From positions 960,001-1,024,000 of the forward strand of contig CAWJCS010000006.1 of the NCBI GenBank assembly GCA_963841435.1: a stretch of 64,000 nt of DNA. Direction: 5' to 3'. Of the stretch, positions 8,412 through 17,677 are shown piece after piece. The translations under genes and the position numbers were made by a program. Below the pieces are notes generated by a model. That model made no database searches, was not told where the DNA came from, and saw only the letters and a list, made by a program, of their open reading frames with translations. Numbering within the stretch: the stretch's first letter is position 1; every line of letters begins with the position of its first letter. The DNA is from an uncultured delta proteobacterium (GTDB lineage: Bacteria; Myxococcota_A; Polyangia; Polyangiales; Polyangiaceae).

Positions 8412-10550
8412 CTAAAGCCATTTCACGGTTCCGAGCGTCCCATCCACGGTGACGACCTGGCCGTCGTGCAGGCGGTGGGTCGCGTCCACGGTCGCGACCA
8501 CCGCCGGGATGCCGCATTCGCGCGCGACGAGCGAGGCGTGCGCGGCGACCGAGCCGCCGTCGGTCACGACCGCCACCGCCCGAGCGAAGAGTGGCGTCCA
8601 GGCCGGCGCGGTCGTTGGTGCCACCAGGACCTCGCCTTGCTCGAGTCGATTGAAGTCGGCGGACAATCGCACCACCCGAACCTTGCCGGTGGCGCGTCCA
8701 GCGCTCGCGGGCATCCCGATGAGCGTCGTCTCGTCCGCCTCAACGTCGCCGCCACGCAGGGCGATTGGCAGCGCGTCGAACGTCTTTTGCAGGGGTCCCG
8801 GCATCTTGCCGAGCACCAGGGGCGGGGCGAGCTTGCGTTGTCGGTTCCACGTCGCGCGCCGCTCGGCGACCTCGCGTTGGAAGCGACGCGTGCCTGAGAG
8901 CGCGGCGTCGAGCTCCTCGCGGCGCAGCCAGAAGACGTCGTCCGCGGCCGCGATCGCGCTCGTCGCCGTCGCCCTTTCGCCGAGCTGCCGCAGCGTTTCG
9001 CGGACCTTCGGCCAGGCTAGCGTGAGGTCACGGGCCTGCGCCTCGCGCAGCCGCGCGTACCTTTGCGCCGTCGCCAGCAGCGCCTGGAATTTCGAGCGGA
9101 GCTTCGGTGTCAGTAGCGCCAGGCAGGCCTGCTCGAGCACGTCGCGCCGCGCGGCGGCGTCGCCTTGCACCGCGACCGTGACGCCCGCGAGACCCAGCTC
9201 CCCGGCCGTCGGATGCATCCAGTCGATGCAGCAGGAATGGTGCGTCGCGCAAGGCTCGATGGGCGAAAGCGCCGCCAAGAGCTCGTGAGGAGCGCCCTCG
9301 ACGTCCACGCAATGACGGCGGAAGAACTGCGCGAGCGCGGATTCGACCTTCCACGCGAAGCCACCGACGTTCGTGATGCTGAGCATCAGGTCTCCGTGTA
9401 GGTCGCACACGCGGTCGATGTAGGCGATCTGTGCTGCGGCTTCGTCCGGGACCGCCTCCTCGGCGAGCGCCAGGTAGCGCGGCAACAGCTCCTCCTCGTA
9501 GAATCGGCGCTCGGGCTCCGCCAGCAGGCGCTCGACGGTGCTGGGGTCGTCCTTCGCGTTCAGCAGCGCGCGCATCAGCGTGAAGCGCCTCAGCAGCATA
9601 CCCGGCACGATGGCGGCTGGGCTCTGCGTGCCGCTTCCGGAGTGGAAATACCAGCCGTTGACGAGCGCGTGGATGGGCCCCTTGATCCGGGCGCCCAGCG
9701 TGCGCGCGCTGCCCCGGACGAACGAGACCTCCGTGCGTGGAAAGAACCAGCTGGCAAACAGTGGGGAGACCGGGTCGCTCAGCCACTCCCCCCAGCGAAA
9801 GTTGCGTGACCAAACGCCTTTTGCGTGAGGCGGGAGCCATTCGACGTGCTCTGGCAGCGCCGTGATCGGCCGCGCCTGCACGAGCGCGATGCGACCGTCC
9901 TCGATCACCCACTCGATGTCTTGCGGCGCGCCGAAGTGGGCAGCGACCCGCTCCCCGATGGCAACCAGCTCCGAGACCTGCGCTTCGGACAGCACCGGCT
10001 CGGCGAGCGCGCGGCGTCGCACCGGGCGAGCTCCCTGCACCCGCCACTCCTCACCGTCTCGCTCCCCGGACACCAGCGCTTCGCCCAGGCCCCGCACGGC
10101 CGTGATCACGCGCGCGTCCCGGTCGCCGGTGACCGGATCGGCAGTGAACAACACCCCGGCGCAGTCGGCGCGCACCAGCCGCTGCACCACCACGGCCATG
10201 GGCGCGGGCTTGCTGTCGTCGCGGTAAGCCAGCGCTCGAGGCGAGCGCGCTGACTCGCGGACGGTTTCGATTGCCTGCTCGACTGCCGAAAGGCCCCGAA
10301 CGTCCAGCACCGAAGCGTAGATCCCGGCAAACGAGGACTGCACGCCATCCTCGTCGACCGCCGACGACCGCACCGCCAGCGCCACGTCCCCCAGCGCCTC
10401 CAGGTGCACCTGCATGCCCTCGAGTTTTGCATTCGGCGCGATCGCAAACCCGTCGGGAACCTCGAACCCGCCGGCGAGCAGCGCCGCCAGGTGTCGAGCC
10501 TTGCCACCGAACCCATCGCGAGCATCAGCGAGCTTGACGATCATTTCCAC
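8412..10550 (-). CDS. PEP-synthase-like phosphotransferase (rifampin phosphotransferase architecture)
   Basis: GGKA, AVRSSA..ED..SFAG, GLGEALVSG, PQDIEW, QARPIT; C-terminal swivel domain TDGGSVAAHASLVARECGIPAVV; GTG start after GAGGAGG. Confidence 0.85.
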   Translation of the reverse strand: MEMIVKLADARDGFGGKARHLAALLAGGFEVPDGFAIAPNAKLEGMQVHLEALGDVALAVRSSAVDEDGVQSSFAGIYASVLDVRGLSAVEQAIETVRESARSPRALAYRDDSKPAPMAVVVQRLVRADCAGVLFTADPVTGDRDARVITAVRGLGEALVSGERDGEEWRVQGARPVRRRALAEPVLSEAQVSELVAIGERVAAHFGAPQDIEWVIEDGRIALVQARPITALPEHVEWLPPHAKGVWSRNFRWGEWLSDPVSPLFASWFFPRTEVSFVRGSARTLGARIKGPIHALVNGWYFHSGSGTQSPAAIVPGMLLRRFTLMRALLNAKDDPSTVERLLAEPERRFYEEELLPRYLALAEEAVPDEAAAQIAYIDRVCDLHGDLMLSITNVGGFAWKVESALAQFFRRHCVDVEGAPHELLAALSPIEPCATHHSCCIDWMHPTAGELGLAGVTVAVQGDAAARRDVLEQACLALLTPKLRSKFQALLATAQRYARLREAQARDLTLAWPKVRETLRQLGERATATSAIAAADDVFWLRREELDAALSGTRRFQREVAERRATWNRQRKLAPPLVLGKMPGPLQKTFDALPIALRGGDVEADETTLIGMPASAGRATGKVRVVRLSADFNRLEQGEVLVAPTTAPAWTPLFARAVAVVTDGGSVAAHASLVARECGIPAVVATVDATHRLHDGQVVTVDGTLGTVKWL

Positions 10551-11137
10551 GGTGCACCTCCTCGACGAAGCGTTTCGATGAGAACGCGGAGCGCCCAGGC
10601 TGGACCCGGCACGACCTGTTTGGGGGTCATGCGCAAAAGGACCTTGCCGCGCCGGAACACTTCCGGCGAGAGCAACGCTCCGAACACCAGCACCAGCTGA
10701 CGCACCTGCGTCGGCGTGGCCTCGGGGACCAGCTCCCGCAGCGCAGACTCGAGCCGCGCGTAGCGGTTGCGGCGCGACTTCGTGATCACCGGCGAGTCCT
10801 TCTGCTCGCGCAGCACGTACTCGAGCGCCGGCGTCCCTTCGATGCGCTCGGGCCAACGCTCGTACGACGAAAGGAGCGCGCCGATCGAAACCGCTTCGCC
10901 CCGGTCCCGCCCGAAGCGTTGCTCTTGGTACTTCGCGAAGGCGTCGTGGAGGGCCGCGACCGTGGGGAAATGCCGGTATACCGTCCGCTCCGCCACGCCC
11001 GCCGAGCGTGCCACCGCCGCGTGCGTGACCTGGCCCACGTCCAAGAACGTGACCCTGGCGGCGCCTTCCAAGATCCGCTGCCGCGTGTCGCGCGTCTGCT
11101 CTGAGCGCAGCTGGCTTCGGTACTTGCGAGTGGCCAT
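10541..11137 (-). CDS. TetR/AcrR-family transcriptional regulator
   Basis: TRQRILEGA...VARSAGVAERTVYRHFPT; stop overlaps the start of the downstream gene. Confidence 0.9.
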   Translation of the reverse strand: MATRKYRSQLRSEQTRDTRQRILEGAARVTFLDVGQVTHAAVARSAGVAERTVYRHFPTVAALHDAFAKYQEQRFGRDRGEAVSIGALLSSYERWPERIEGTPALEYVLREQKDSPVITKSRRNRYARLESALRELVPEATPTQVRQLVLVFGALLSPEVFRRGKVLLRMTPKQVVPGPAWALRVLIETLRRGGAPWK

Positions 11138-11144
11138 TTGGTGT

Positions 11145-11183
11145 CAGTAGTGAGATGACATCATTTCATCTCGCGACTGTCAA
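11145..11183 (-). promoter_or_regulatory. Putative TetR operator palindrome overlapping a -35 TTGACA
   Basis: CAGTAGTGAGATGA-N7-TCATCTCGCGACTG (12/14 symmetric); TTGACA on the minus strand at 11183-11178. Confidence 0.7.
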
Positions 11184-11540
11184 GCGCCCGAACGCCAGGC
11201 GGGCTCCACCGTCGGGGTTTCATCCTTCCCGGGGCTGTCGAAGCGCAGCGGACCTGAGCGGATCGTCCTCACCTCGGCGCGGAGGGGTGACGGGTGAACG
11301 AGCCCGCGGCGCGGTCCCGCCGCAGGCGAGCCCCAGCGAGCCGCCGCCTCGGGCCGAAGCCGAAGCCGCTAAGTCGCTCGTCTTTTGCTCCGCGAAAACC
11401 GGCGACCGATAGGTGTCAGGTTTCGCGACGGTGGACCGCGGTTCGCTGGGCGCGGCCGGCGGCGTCGTCAACCAAGGGGCCGCCGCGCAAGCACGCGTTT
11501 CGCCGGGCGTTGCGATAGGGCGACGCCCGGTCAACGACCC

Positions 11541-11564
11541 CAGTCGCCTAAGTCTGCGACTGGA
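11541..11564 (-). terminator. Hairpin downstream of tRNA-Pro, putative terminator
   Basis: CCAGTCGC-ctaagtct-GCGACTGG perfect 8-bp stem; no clear U-tract. Confidence 0.4.
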
Positions 11565-11586
11565 GTCTCCTTTTCTCCTACTCTAG

Positions 11587-11660
11587 TCGGGGCGGGCAGA
11601 TTCGAACTGCCGACCTCACGGACCCGAACCGTGCGCGCTACCAAACTGCGCTACGCCCCG
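11587..11660 (-). tRNA. tRNA-Pro (CGG), CCA not encoded
   Basis: Reverse complement CGGGGCGTAGCGCAGTTTGGTAGCGCG-CACGG-TTCGGGT-CCGTG-AGGTCGGCAGTTCGAATCTGCCCGCCCCGA. Confidence 0.95.
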
Positions 11661-11688
11661 AGCAGGCGGCCCCGTTCAGGGCGCGGGG

Positions 11689-11717
11689 AGGATGATGGCC
11701 TTCCCGAGGTCTGTCAA
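11689..11717 (-). promoter_or_regulatory. sigma70-type promoter of tRNA-Pro
   Basis: TTGACA-17 nt-CATCCT on the minus strand; the -35 contains the etfA stop codon. Confidence 0.55.
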
Positions 11718-12697
11718 GCGCCCGCAGGGGCGCGCTTTTTCAACTCGGAGACCAGGGCGGGCACGGCCTGGAACAGGTCGGCGACGAGCCCGTAGTCGGC
11801 GATCTGGAAGATCGGCGCCTCGCCGTCCTTGTTGATCGCGACGATCACCTTCGAGCTTTTCATGCCGGCGATGTGCTGGATCGCGCCCGAGATCCCGATG
11901 GCGACGTAGAGCTCGGGGGCGACGATCTTGCCGGTCTGCCCGACCTGGTAGTCGCCGGGTGCGTAGCCGGCGTCGACGGCGGCCCGGCTCGCGCCGATCG
12001 CCGCGCCGAGCGCGTTGGCGAGTGGCTCGAGCACCTCGAAGAACCGGTCCTTCAGGGCGCGCCCGCCCGAGACGACGACGCGCGCCTCCGTGAGCTCCGG
12101 TCGCTCGCTCTTCACCGCCTCGAGGGACACGACGCTGACGCGTGAGGCTGCCGCCCCTGGCGCCACCTTGGCGACTGTTTCGACCGGCGAAGCTCCGCCC
12201 GTCGGCGCGGCGGCCTCGAACTCGCTTTGGCGCGCCGTGGCGACCTGCACGGGCGTCGTGAGCTCCGTCGTGCCGAAAGCGTTGCCGGCGTACATCGGCC
12301 GCTTGTACGAAAGCTTGCCGCCATCGATGACGACCGCGGAGCAATCGCCCGCGTAGGCCGCGTCGAGGCGCGCCGCGACGCGAGGCATCAGGTCCTTGCC
12401 CTGGCTCGTGGCCGTGGCGACGAGCACGGAAAAGCCCTTGCCGACCTCGGCGACGGTCGGCGAAAAATGCTCGGCCGTGTACTTTTCGAGGCTCGCGTCC
12501 TCGCACACGACGACCTTCTGCGCGCCGAATGCGACGAGCGATGCCGCGGCCTTCTGGGCCGCGGAGCCCAAAACGAGGATCGAGAAGCCCCCGCCCACCG
12601 CCGGGGCGGCGAGGCGCGCGAAGCTGATGGCGGAGAGGGTCGCCTTCTTGACCTCTCCCGTTTCATTGATCTCGGCGACAACGAGCACGTTCGACAT
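11714..12697 (-). CDS. etfA: Electron transfer flavoprotein subunit alpha
   Basis: [36 protein letters not shown]. Confidence 0.97.
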   Translation of the reverse strand: MSNVLVVAEINETGEVKKATLSAISFARLAAPAVGGGFSILVLGSAAQKAAASLVAFGAQKVVVCEDASLEKYTAEHFSPTVAEVGKGFSVLVATATSQGKDLMPRVAARLDAAYAGDCSAVVIDGGKLSYKRPMYAGNAFGTTELTTPVQVATARQSEFEAAAPTGGASPVETVAKVAPGAAASRVSVVSLEAVKSERPELTEARVVVSGGRALKDRFFEVLEPLANALGAAIGASRAAVDAGYAPGDYQVGQTGKIVAPELYVAIGISGAIQHIAGMKSSKVIVAINKDGEAPIFQIADYGLVADLFQAVPALVSELKKRAPAGA

Positions 12698-12719
12698 GAT
12701 CTTCTCCGGGGGTGAAGCT

Positions 12720-13547
12720 TCAGATCACCTTGGCGACGTTCGCGAGCTTATCGACGAGCTCGGCCGCGTCCTTCACGCGCACGCCGGCCGATCGGGCGGC
12801 CGGACGCTCGAAGCTCGACACCTTGGTGGTGAGCGTCGCGCCCGGCGCGACGTCGGCGAGCGCCTTCACGTCGAGGGGCTTCTTCTTGGCGGCCATGATC
12901 GCAGGTAGCGGGGCGAAGCGCACGCCCTCGGCGTACTTGTGCGCGGCGTCGGTGTGGGTCGAGTAGACGCTCGTCGGGGCGACGATGCGAAGGTCCACCG
13001 TGACCACGGCGGGCAATCCCACGCGCACGGTGAGCACGCCGCCGTCCACCTCGCGTCCGACGAGCAGCGCCTGCGCTTCTTCGCGGATCGTGGCGGCGAA
13101 GGTGGCCATGGGCCAGTCGAGCAGCTCGGCGAGCCGTTGCCCGACCTGGTTGCTGTCGCCGTCCACCGCCTGCTTGCCGAGCAGCACGACGTCCGGCTTC
13201 TCGGCGAGCACGAGCGTCTTGAGAGCGTGGGCCACGAGCCGCCCGTCGAGCGCGTCGTCCGTGGTCTCGACGCGGATGGCACGGTCGGCCCCCGTGGCGA
13301 GCGCGGCACGCAGCATCGGCTCGCTCTCCTTGGGGCCGAGCGTCACGACGACGACCTCGCCGATGCGCTGCTTGGGAGCTTTGCCGTTCTCCGTGAGTCT
13401 GAGGGCGGCCTCGAGCGCGTATTCGTCGAAGGGGTTCACTTTCCATTCGAGCCCCGTCGTGTCGACGGCGCCGCCCCCGGGGGCGATTTTGATCTTGTTC
13501 GCGTTGTCGGGGTCGGCGACGCGCTTGAGTGCCACGAGGATCTTCAC
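12720..13547 (-). CDS. etfB: Electron transfer flavoprotein subunit beta
   Basis: KRVAD, NPFDEYALEAA, GKQAVDGDSNQVG, REVDGG. Confidence 0.97.
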   Translation of the reverse strand: MKILVALKRVADPDNANKIKIAPGGGAVDTTGLEWKVNPFDEYALEAALRLTENGKAPKQRIGEVVVVTLGPKESEPMLRAALATGADRAIRVETTDDALDGRLVAHALKTLVLAEKPDVVLLGKQAVDGDSNQVGQRLAELLDWPMATFAATIREEAQALLVGREVDGGVLTVRVGLPAVVTVDLRIVAPTSVYSTHTDAAHKYAEGVRFAPLPAIMAAKKKPLDVKALADVAPGATLTTKVSSFERPAARSAGVRVKDAAELVDKLANVAKVI

Positions 13548-13671
13548 GGGATCTGCTGCTCCTTCTTCCGCCCATCACACCAGGCGGCCGCGACAGGGGC
13601 AACCGGGGCCGCCCGGCCCCAAGGCCGGCGCGCGACCGTCGGGGCCCGGTGGTGCTAGAACGCGAGCGCGC

Positions 13672-15294
13672 GTGAAGGCTTCCACGGATTTCCTGGTGAT
13701 CGGCAGCGGCATTGCCGGCCTGTCCTTTGCGCTGCATGCGGCCCGCTACGGCGAGGTCGTGGTCGTCACCAAACGGTCCTCCGAGGACGCCGCGACGAGC
13801 TGGGCTCAGGGCGGCGTCGCAGCCGTGCTCGGGCCCGACGATTCGTTCCAGAAGCATGCCGCGGACACGAAGAGCGCGGGCGCGGGGCTCTGTCACGACA
13901 TCGTCGTCGACCTCTGCGTGCGAGAGGCTCCCGCGTCGATCGCCTGGTTGAAGGAAATCGGTGCGGCGTTTTCCACGACGGAGACCGGCGCGTTCGATCT
14001 CGGGCGCGAGGGTGGCCACAGCGAGCGGCGCGTCGTGCATGCCGGTGACATCACGGGCCGCGAGATCCAGCGGGCGCTGCTCGAGGCCGTTCGAAACACG
14101 CCCAACGTGCAGCTGCTCGAATGGCACATGGGCGTCGACCTCATCACGATGAGCAACTTCGGCGGGCCCGACCGCTGCGTGGGCGCCTACGTGCTCGACG
14201 AATCGCGTGGCGTTGTCGACACCCTCCTGGCGCGCGCGACCGTGCTGGCCACGGGCGGCGCCGGAAAAGTCTACCTTTACACCTCGAATCCCGACGTTGC
14301 GACGGGTGACGGCGTGGCGATGGCGTTCCGCGCCGGGGCGGAGGTGGCGAACATGGAGTTTTTCCAGTTCCACCCCACCGTCTTTTACGAGCCCAAAGCG
14401 AAGAGCTTCTTGCTCAGTGAAGCGCTGCGCGGGGAGGGCGCGACGCTCAGGCTGCCGAGCGGCGAGGCGTTCATGCAGCGCCACCACCCTCTCGGCGACC
14501 TCGCGCCCCGCGACGTCGTTGCCAGGGCCATCGACTTCGAGATGAAGCGCACGGGCTCGGAGTACGTGCTGCTCGACATCACCTCTCAGTCCGCGGAGTT
14601 CGTGCGCTCGCGTTTTCCGAACATCCACGCCGAGTGCAAGGGCTACGGCGTCGACATGACGACGCAGCCGATCCCCGTCGTGCCGGCGGCCCACTACCTC
14701 TGCGGTGGGGTCACGTCGGACTTGCACGGGCGGAGCACGCTGCCCGGTCTCTGGGTGCTCGGTGAAACGGCCTGCACGGGCCTCCACGGCGCGAACCGGC
14801 TTGCCTCGAACTCGCTGCTCGAAGGGCTCGTCATGGCCCGCCGCGCTGCCGAGAAGCTCGCTTCGTTGATCGTCGGTCTGCGCGGCGCGCCGCTCCCCGA
14901 CGTCCCCGAATGGCAGACAGGCTCCGCGGTGCCGAGCGACGAGGCCGTGGTCGTGACCCACAACTGGGACGAGCTTCGGCGGCTCATGTGGAACTACGTT
15001 GGCATCGTGCGTAGCGACGCCCGCCTGCGCCGAGCCGCCCGCCGCGTGGCGCTGCTCGAGCAGGAAATCCGCGAGTATTACTGGAAGCACCTGGTGACGC
15101 GCGACCTGCTCGAGCTCCGGAACATCGCCGTCGTGGCGGAGCTCGTGATCGCGTCGGCCTCCAGCCGGCGCGAGAGCCGGGGCCTTCACTACACCATCGA
15201 CCACCTGACGACGCTGCCCGAGTTCTCGAGCGACACCGTCGTCAAACGCGGCGTCTTGCCGCACCTTCGCGAACGGCGCGCGGCTGCGCAGTGA
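13672..15294 (+). CDS. nadB: L-aspartate oxidase
   Basis: GSGIAG, WAQGG, REGGHSERR, FFQFHPT, SEALRGEG, PAAHYLCGG, GLHGANRLASNSLLE, ESRGLH. Confidence 0.97.
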   Translation: MKASTDFLVIGSGIAGLSFALHAARYGEVVVVTKRSSEDAATSWAQGGVAAVLGPDDSFQKHAADTKSAGAGLCHDIVVDLCVREAPASIAWLKEIGAAFSTTETGAFDLGREGGHSERRVVHAGDITGREIQRALLEAVRNTPNVQLLEWHMGVDLITMSNFGGPDRCVGAYVLDESRGVVDTLLARATVLATGGAGKVYLYTSNPDVATGDGVAMAFRAGAEVANMEFFQFHPTVFYEPKAKSFLLSEALRGEGATLRLPSGEAFMQRHHPLGDLAPRDVVARAIDFEMKRTGSEYVLLDITSQSAEFVRSRFPNIHAECKGYGVDMTTQPIPVVPAAHYLCGGVTSDLHGRSTLPGLWVLGETACTGLHGANRLASNSLLEGLVMARRAAEKLASLIVGLRGAPLPDVPEWQTGSAVPSDEAVVVTHNWDELRRLMWNYVGIVRSDARLRRAARRVALLEQEIREYYWKHLVTRDLLELRNIAVVAELVIASASSRRESRGLHYTIDHLTTLPEFSSDTVVKRGVLPHLRERRAAAQ

Positions 15295-15348
15295 CGTCTC
15301 CCGGATCGGTTTTCTCACGGCGACGCGGTCGGCTGGACGCTCGCCGTC

Positions 15349-16107
15349 ATGTTTGGCTGGATGCTCGCGGCCGTCGTCGAGCGCGGGCTCGCGCCGAACG
15401 CGCCGCCCGATCTCGTGACGGCGGGTGGCGTGCAAGTGGCGGCGTTTCTGGTCGCTTGCGCGATTTTCGCGGCGCGTCGCCCCGGACGCAGCTGGTCGGA
15501 TCTGTTCGCGTTGCGCCGCACGCCAGTGCTCTTGCTGCTCGCCGCGCTGCTTCTCGGAGTGGCGCTCTGCCCGCCCGCCGAGCGGCTCGCCCTGTTCGTG
15601 CACGAGCTGTTCCCGCTGCCCAAAGAGCTGCTCGCCGAGCAGGAAGCCATGCTGCGACCGCGCTCGCCGCTCCACGGAGCGCTGCTCCTGATGGTGGGGG
15701 CCCTCGCGGGACCCTTCGCCGAGGAGCTCTTTTTCCGTGGGGCCATCTTCACGGCGCTCCGGCCCCACGCGACGACGATCGCGGCGGCTGGCACGACGGC
15801 ACTGCTCTTCACGCTGATCCATCCGGAGCCGCGCACCTGGGCGCCAATCCTGGCGCTCGCCTGCGTGCTCGGTTACGTGCGGGTGGTGAGCGGCTCGCTC
15901 TGGCCATCGCTCTTCCTCCACGCCGGCTTCAACGGTACGGCGCTGATTGCCGAGTTTCGCACGGCCGGCGGTGACGGGGAATTCTCCGCGTCGCTCGTGG
16001 TCGGCGGGACGGTTCTTTCGGTGCTGCTGCTCGGCGGGGTGTGGCTCGCAGGTCGGAGTCAGCGCGTGCAGGCGGTTCGCGAGCTCGACCAGGGGGTGCC
16101 GTCGTGA
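15349..16107 (+). CDS. CPBP/CAAX-family intramembrane metalloprotease; true start may be GTG 15291 with a +1 error near 15302-15313
   Basis: EELFFRG, FTLIH, SLWPSLFLHAGFN; multiple TM segments. Confidence 0.85.
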   Translation: MFGWMLAAVVERGLAPNAPPDLVTAGGVQVAAFLVACAIFAARRPGRSWSDLFALRRTPVLLLLAALLLGVALCPPAERLALFVHELFPLPKELLAEQEAMLRPRSPLHGALLLMVGALAGPFAEELFFRGAIFTALRPHATTIAAAGTTALLFTLIHPEPRTWAPILALACVLGYVRVVSGSLWPSLFLHAGFNGTALIAEFRTAGGDGEFSASLVVGGTVLSVLLLGGVWLAGRSQRVQAVRELDQGVPS

Positions 16108-17177
16108 GTGTGCGCGTCGCGCTCTGCTTGCCGGGCGGGGGCGCATCGGGTGCGCTCTTTCAGATCGGCGCGCTCGCGGCGCTCGAAGACTCACTCGACG
16201 GTCTCGAGGTCGCCCGGTTCGACCTTTACGTCGGCTCGAGCGGCGGGGCGAGCGTCGCGGCATCGCTCGCCGGCGGCGTGCCCGTGCAGCGCATCTATCG
16301 CGCGTTCCTCGACCCGGCCGACGCTTACTTCGGTCTCGAGCGCCGCCACCTTCTGCGCGTGGATTTCGCCGAGTGGCGGCGCATGGTGCCGGCGCTGATT
16401 TCGGCCATCGGCGAGGGAGCGAGCGGGCTCGTCGCGCGCGGCAGCTTGCCGCCGCCCGCCGCGTTGTGGGAGAAGCTCGACCGCCTGGCGGAGGCGCTGC
16501 CGAGCGGAATCTTCACCCTCGAGGGTTATGAAAAATTCCTCGAAGAATTCTTCATTCGGCGCGGCGTGCCGAACACCTTTTTCGCGATGCCGCGCGCGCT
16601 CCGCATCCTGGCGCATGATCTCGAGAGTGGCGAATCCGTCGAGTTCGGAGCCGGCGAGCACGCGAGCGCCCCCGTGACGCGCGCCTGTATCGCCTCGATG
16701 GCTATCCCCCCGTTCTTTTCACCCGTGCGCGTCGGCGAGCGCTACTACGTGAACCCCGGCGCCGGTCAGGTCGTGCACCTCGACGTGGCCATGGCGGACG
16801 GGGCTGACGTCATGGTCGTCGTCAATCCCGTCGTGCCAACTGCCATGAGCCCCGGGAGCACCGAGAAAGGGCTGCGCGAACGCGGCATGCTCGCGGTCTT
16901 GAACCAGTCGATCCGCGTGGGTGCCGCGCGCGCTCTCGCCATCCAGTGCCAGCGCGCGGAGGATGCCGGCCACGCCGTGCTGCTCGTCGAGCCGGAGAGC
17001 CACGAGGGGCTCGTCTTCTTCGGTGACGCCGCGAGCTTCGACGTTCGCCGTCGGATCCTCGAGTACGCGTACCGCCATACGCGCGCCGTGCTCGCGCAGA
17101 AGGCGGAGGCGCGCCACCCGGCTCTCGATCGGGCGGGGTGGGCGCTCAAGCCGCCGCGCAGCGAGACGGGGCTGTGA
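16104..17177 (+). CDS. Patatin-like phospholipase family protein
   Basis: GGGASG oxyanion motif, GSSGG nucleophile, ASMAIPPFF; YVNPG where DGG is usual. Confidence 0.85.
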   Translation: MSVRVALCLPGGGASGALFQIGALAALEDSLDGLEVARFDLYVGSSGGASVAASLAGGVPVQRIYRAFLDPADAYFGLERRHLLRVDFAEWRRMVPALISAIGEGASGLVARGSLPPPAALWEKLDRLAEALPSGIFTLEGYEKFLEEFFIRRGVPNTFFAMPRALRILAHDLESGESVEFGAGEHASAPVTRACIASMAIPPFFSPVRVGERYYVNPGAGQVVHLDVAMADGADVMVVVNPVVPTAMSPGSTEKGLRERGMLAVLNQSIRVGAARALAIQCQRAEDAGHAVLLVEPESHEGLVFFGDAASFDVRRRILEYAYRHTRAVLAQKAEARHPALDRAGWALKPPRSETGL

Positions 17178-17674
17178 CGGGACGCCTGCACGATCGACGA
17201 GCGCTTTTCGCCATCTTGCTCGCGTCGCTCGTGCTGTGCGGGTGCCGCGAGCCCTATCGCGTGGGCGAGCGCGTGCTCGTCGAGTGGGAGGAAGGGAAGC
17301 TCTACCCGGCGTACGTCATCGACGCGCACGGGCGCACGCGCTACCGGGTGCACTTCGACGGCTACGACTCCCGCTGGGACGAAGACGTCGGTATCGATCG
17401 CATCCACGGCCGCGTTGACGGCCCGGTGTCACCCATGCCGCCGCCGGCCAAGGTGCTGCGCGCCGCCGGGGCCCCGACGGGCTCCGGCGCGCCCGGCCTC
17501 GGCAACCCCTACGCGCCGGGCGAGCACGTGCGGGTCACGTGGCGCGGCAGCGTCTACGGAGCGACCGTGCTCGAGGTGGTCGGCAAGGGCCAGGTCGTCG
17601 TGCATTACGACGGCTACGAGAGCGTGTGGGACGAGAAGATCCCCGTCGAGCGCGTCATCAGCAAGCGACAATGA
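17174..17674 (+). CDS. Lipoprotein with two chromo-barrel/Tudor-knot-like domains
   Basis: Signal peptide ending LCGC; repeats Y..GE.V.V.W....Y.A.V...VH[FY]DGY.S.WDE. Confidence 0.8.
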   Translation: MTGRLHDRRALFAILLASLVLCGCREPYRVGERVLVEWEEGKLYPAYVIDAHGRTRYRVHFDGYDSRWDEDVGIDRIHGRVDGPVSPMPPPAKVLRAAGAPTGSGAPGLGNPYAPGEHVRVTWRGSVYGATVLEVVGKGQVVVHYDGYESVWDEKIPVERVISKRQ

Positions 17675-17677
17675 GGC

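Noticed and set aside
11220..11270. SRP RNA-like TCAGGTCCG on the minus strand
   Set aside because: The GNAAGGAAGCAGC continuation and the long flanking helix are missing
8400..11660. Integrative island at tRNA-Pro
   Set aside because: No integrase and no direct repeat of the tRNA 3' end found
12748..16263. 1171-aa minus-strand ORF and many other long overlapping ORFs (e.g. 49435-52263, 37639-39849, 27977-29857)
   Set aside because: Shadow frames of real genes; high GC suppresses stops, and the translations are R/A/G/P-rich with no motifs
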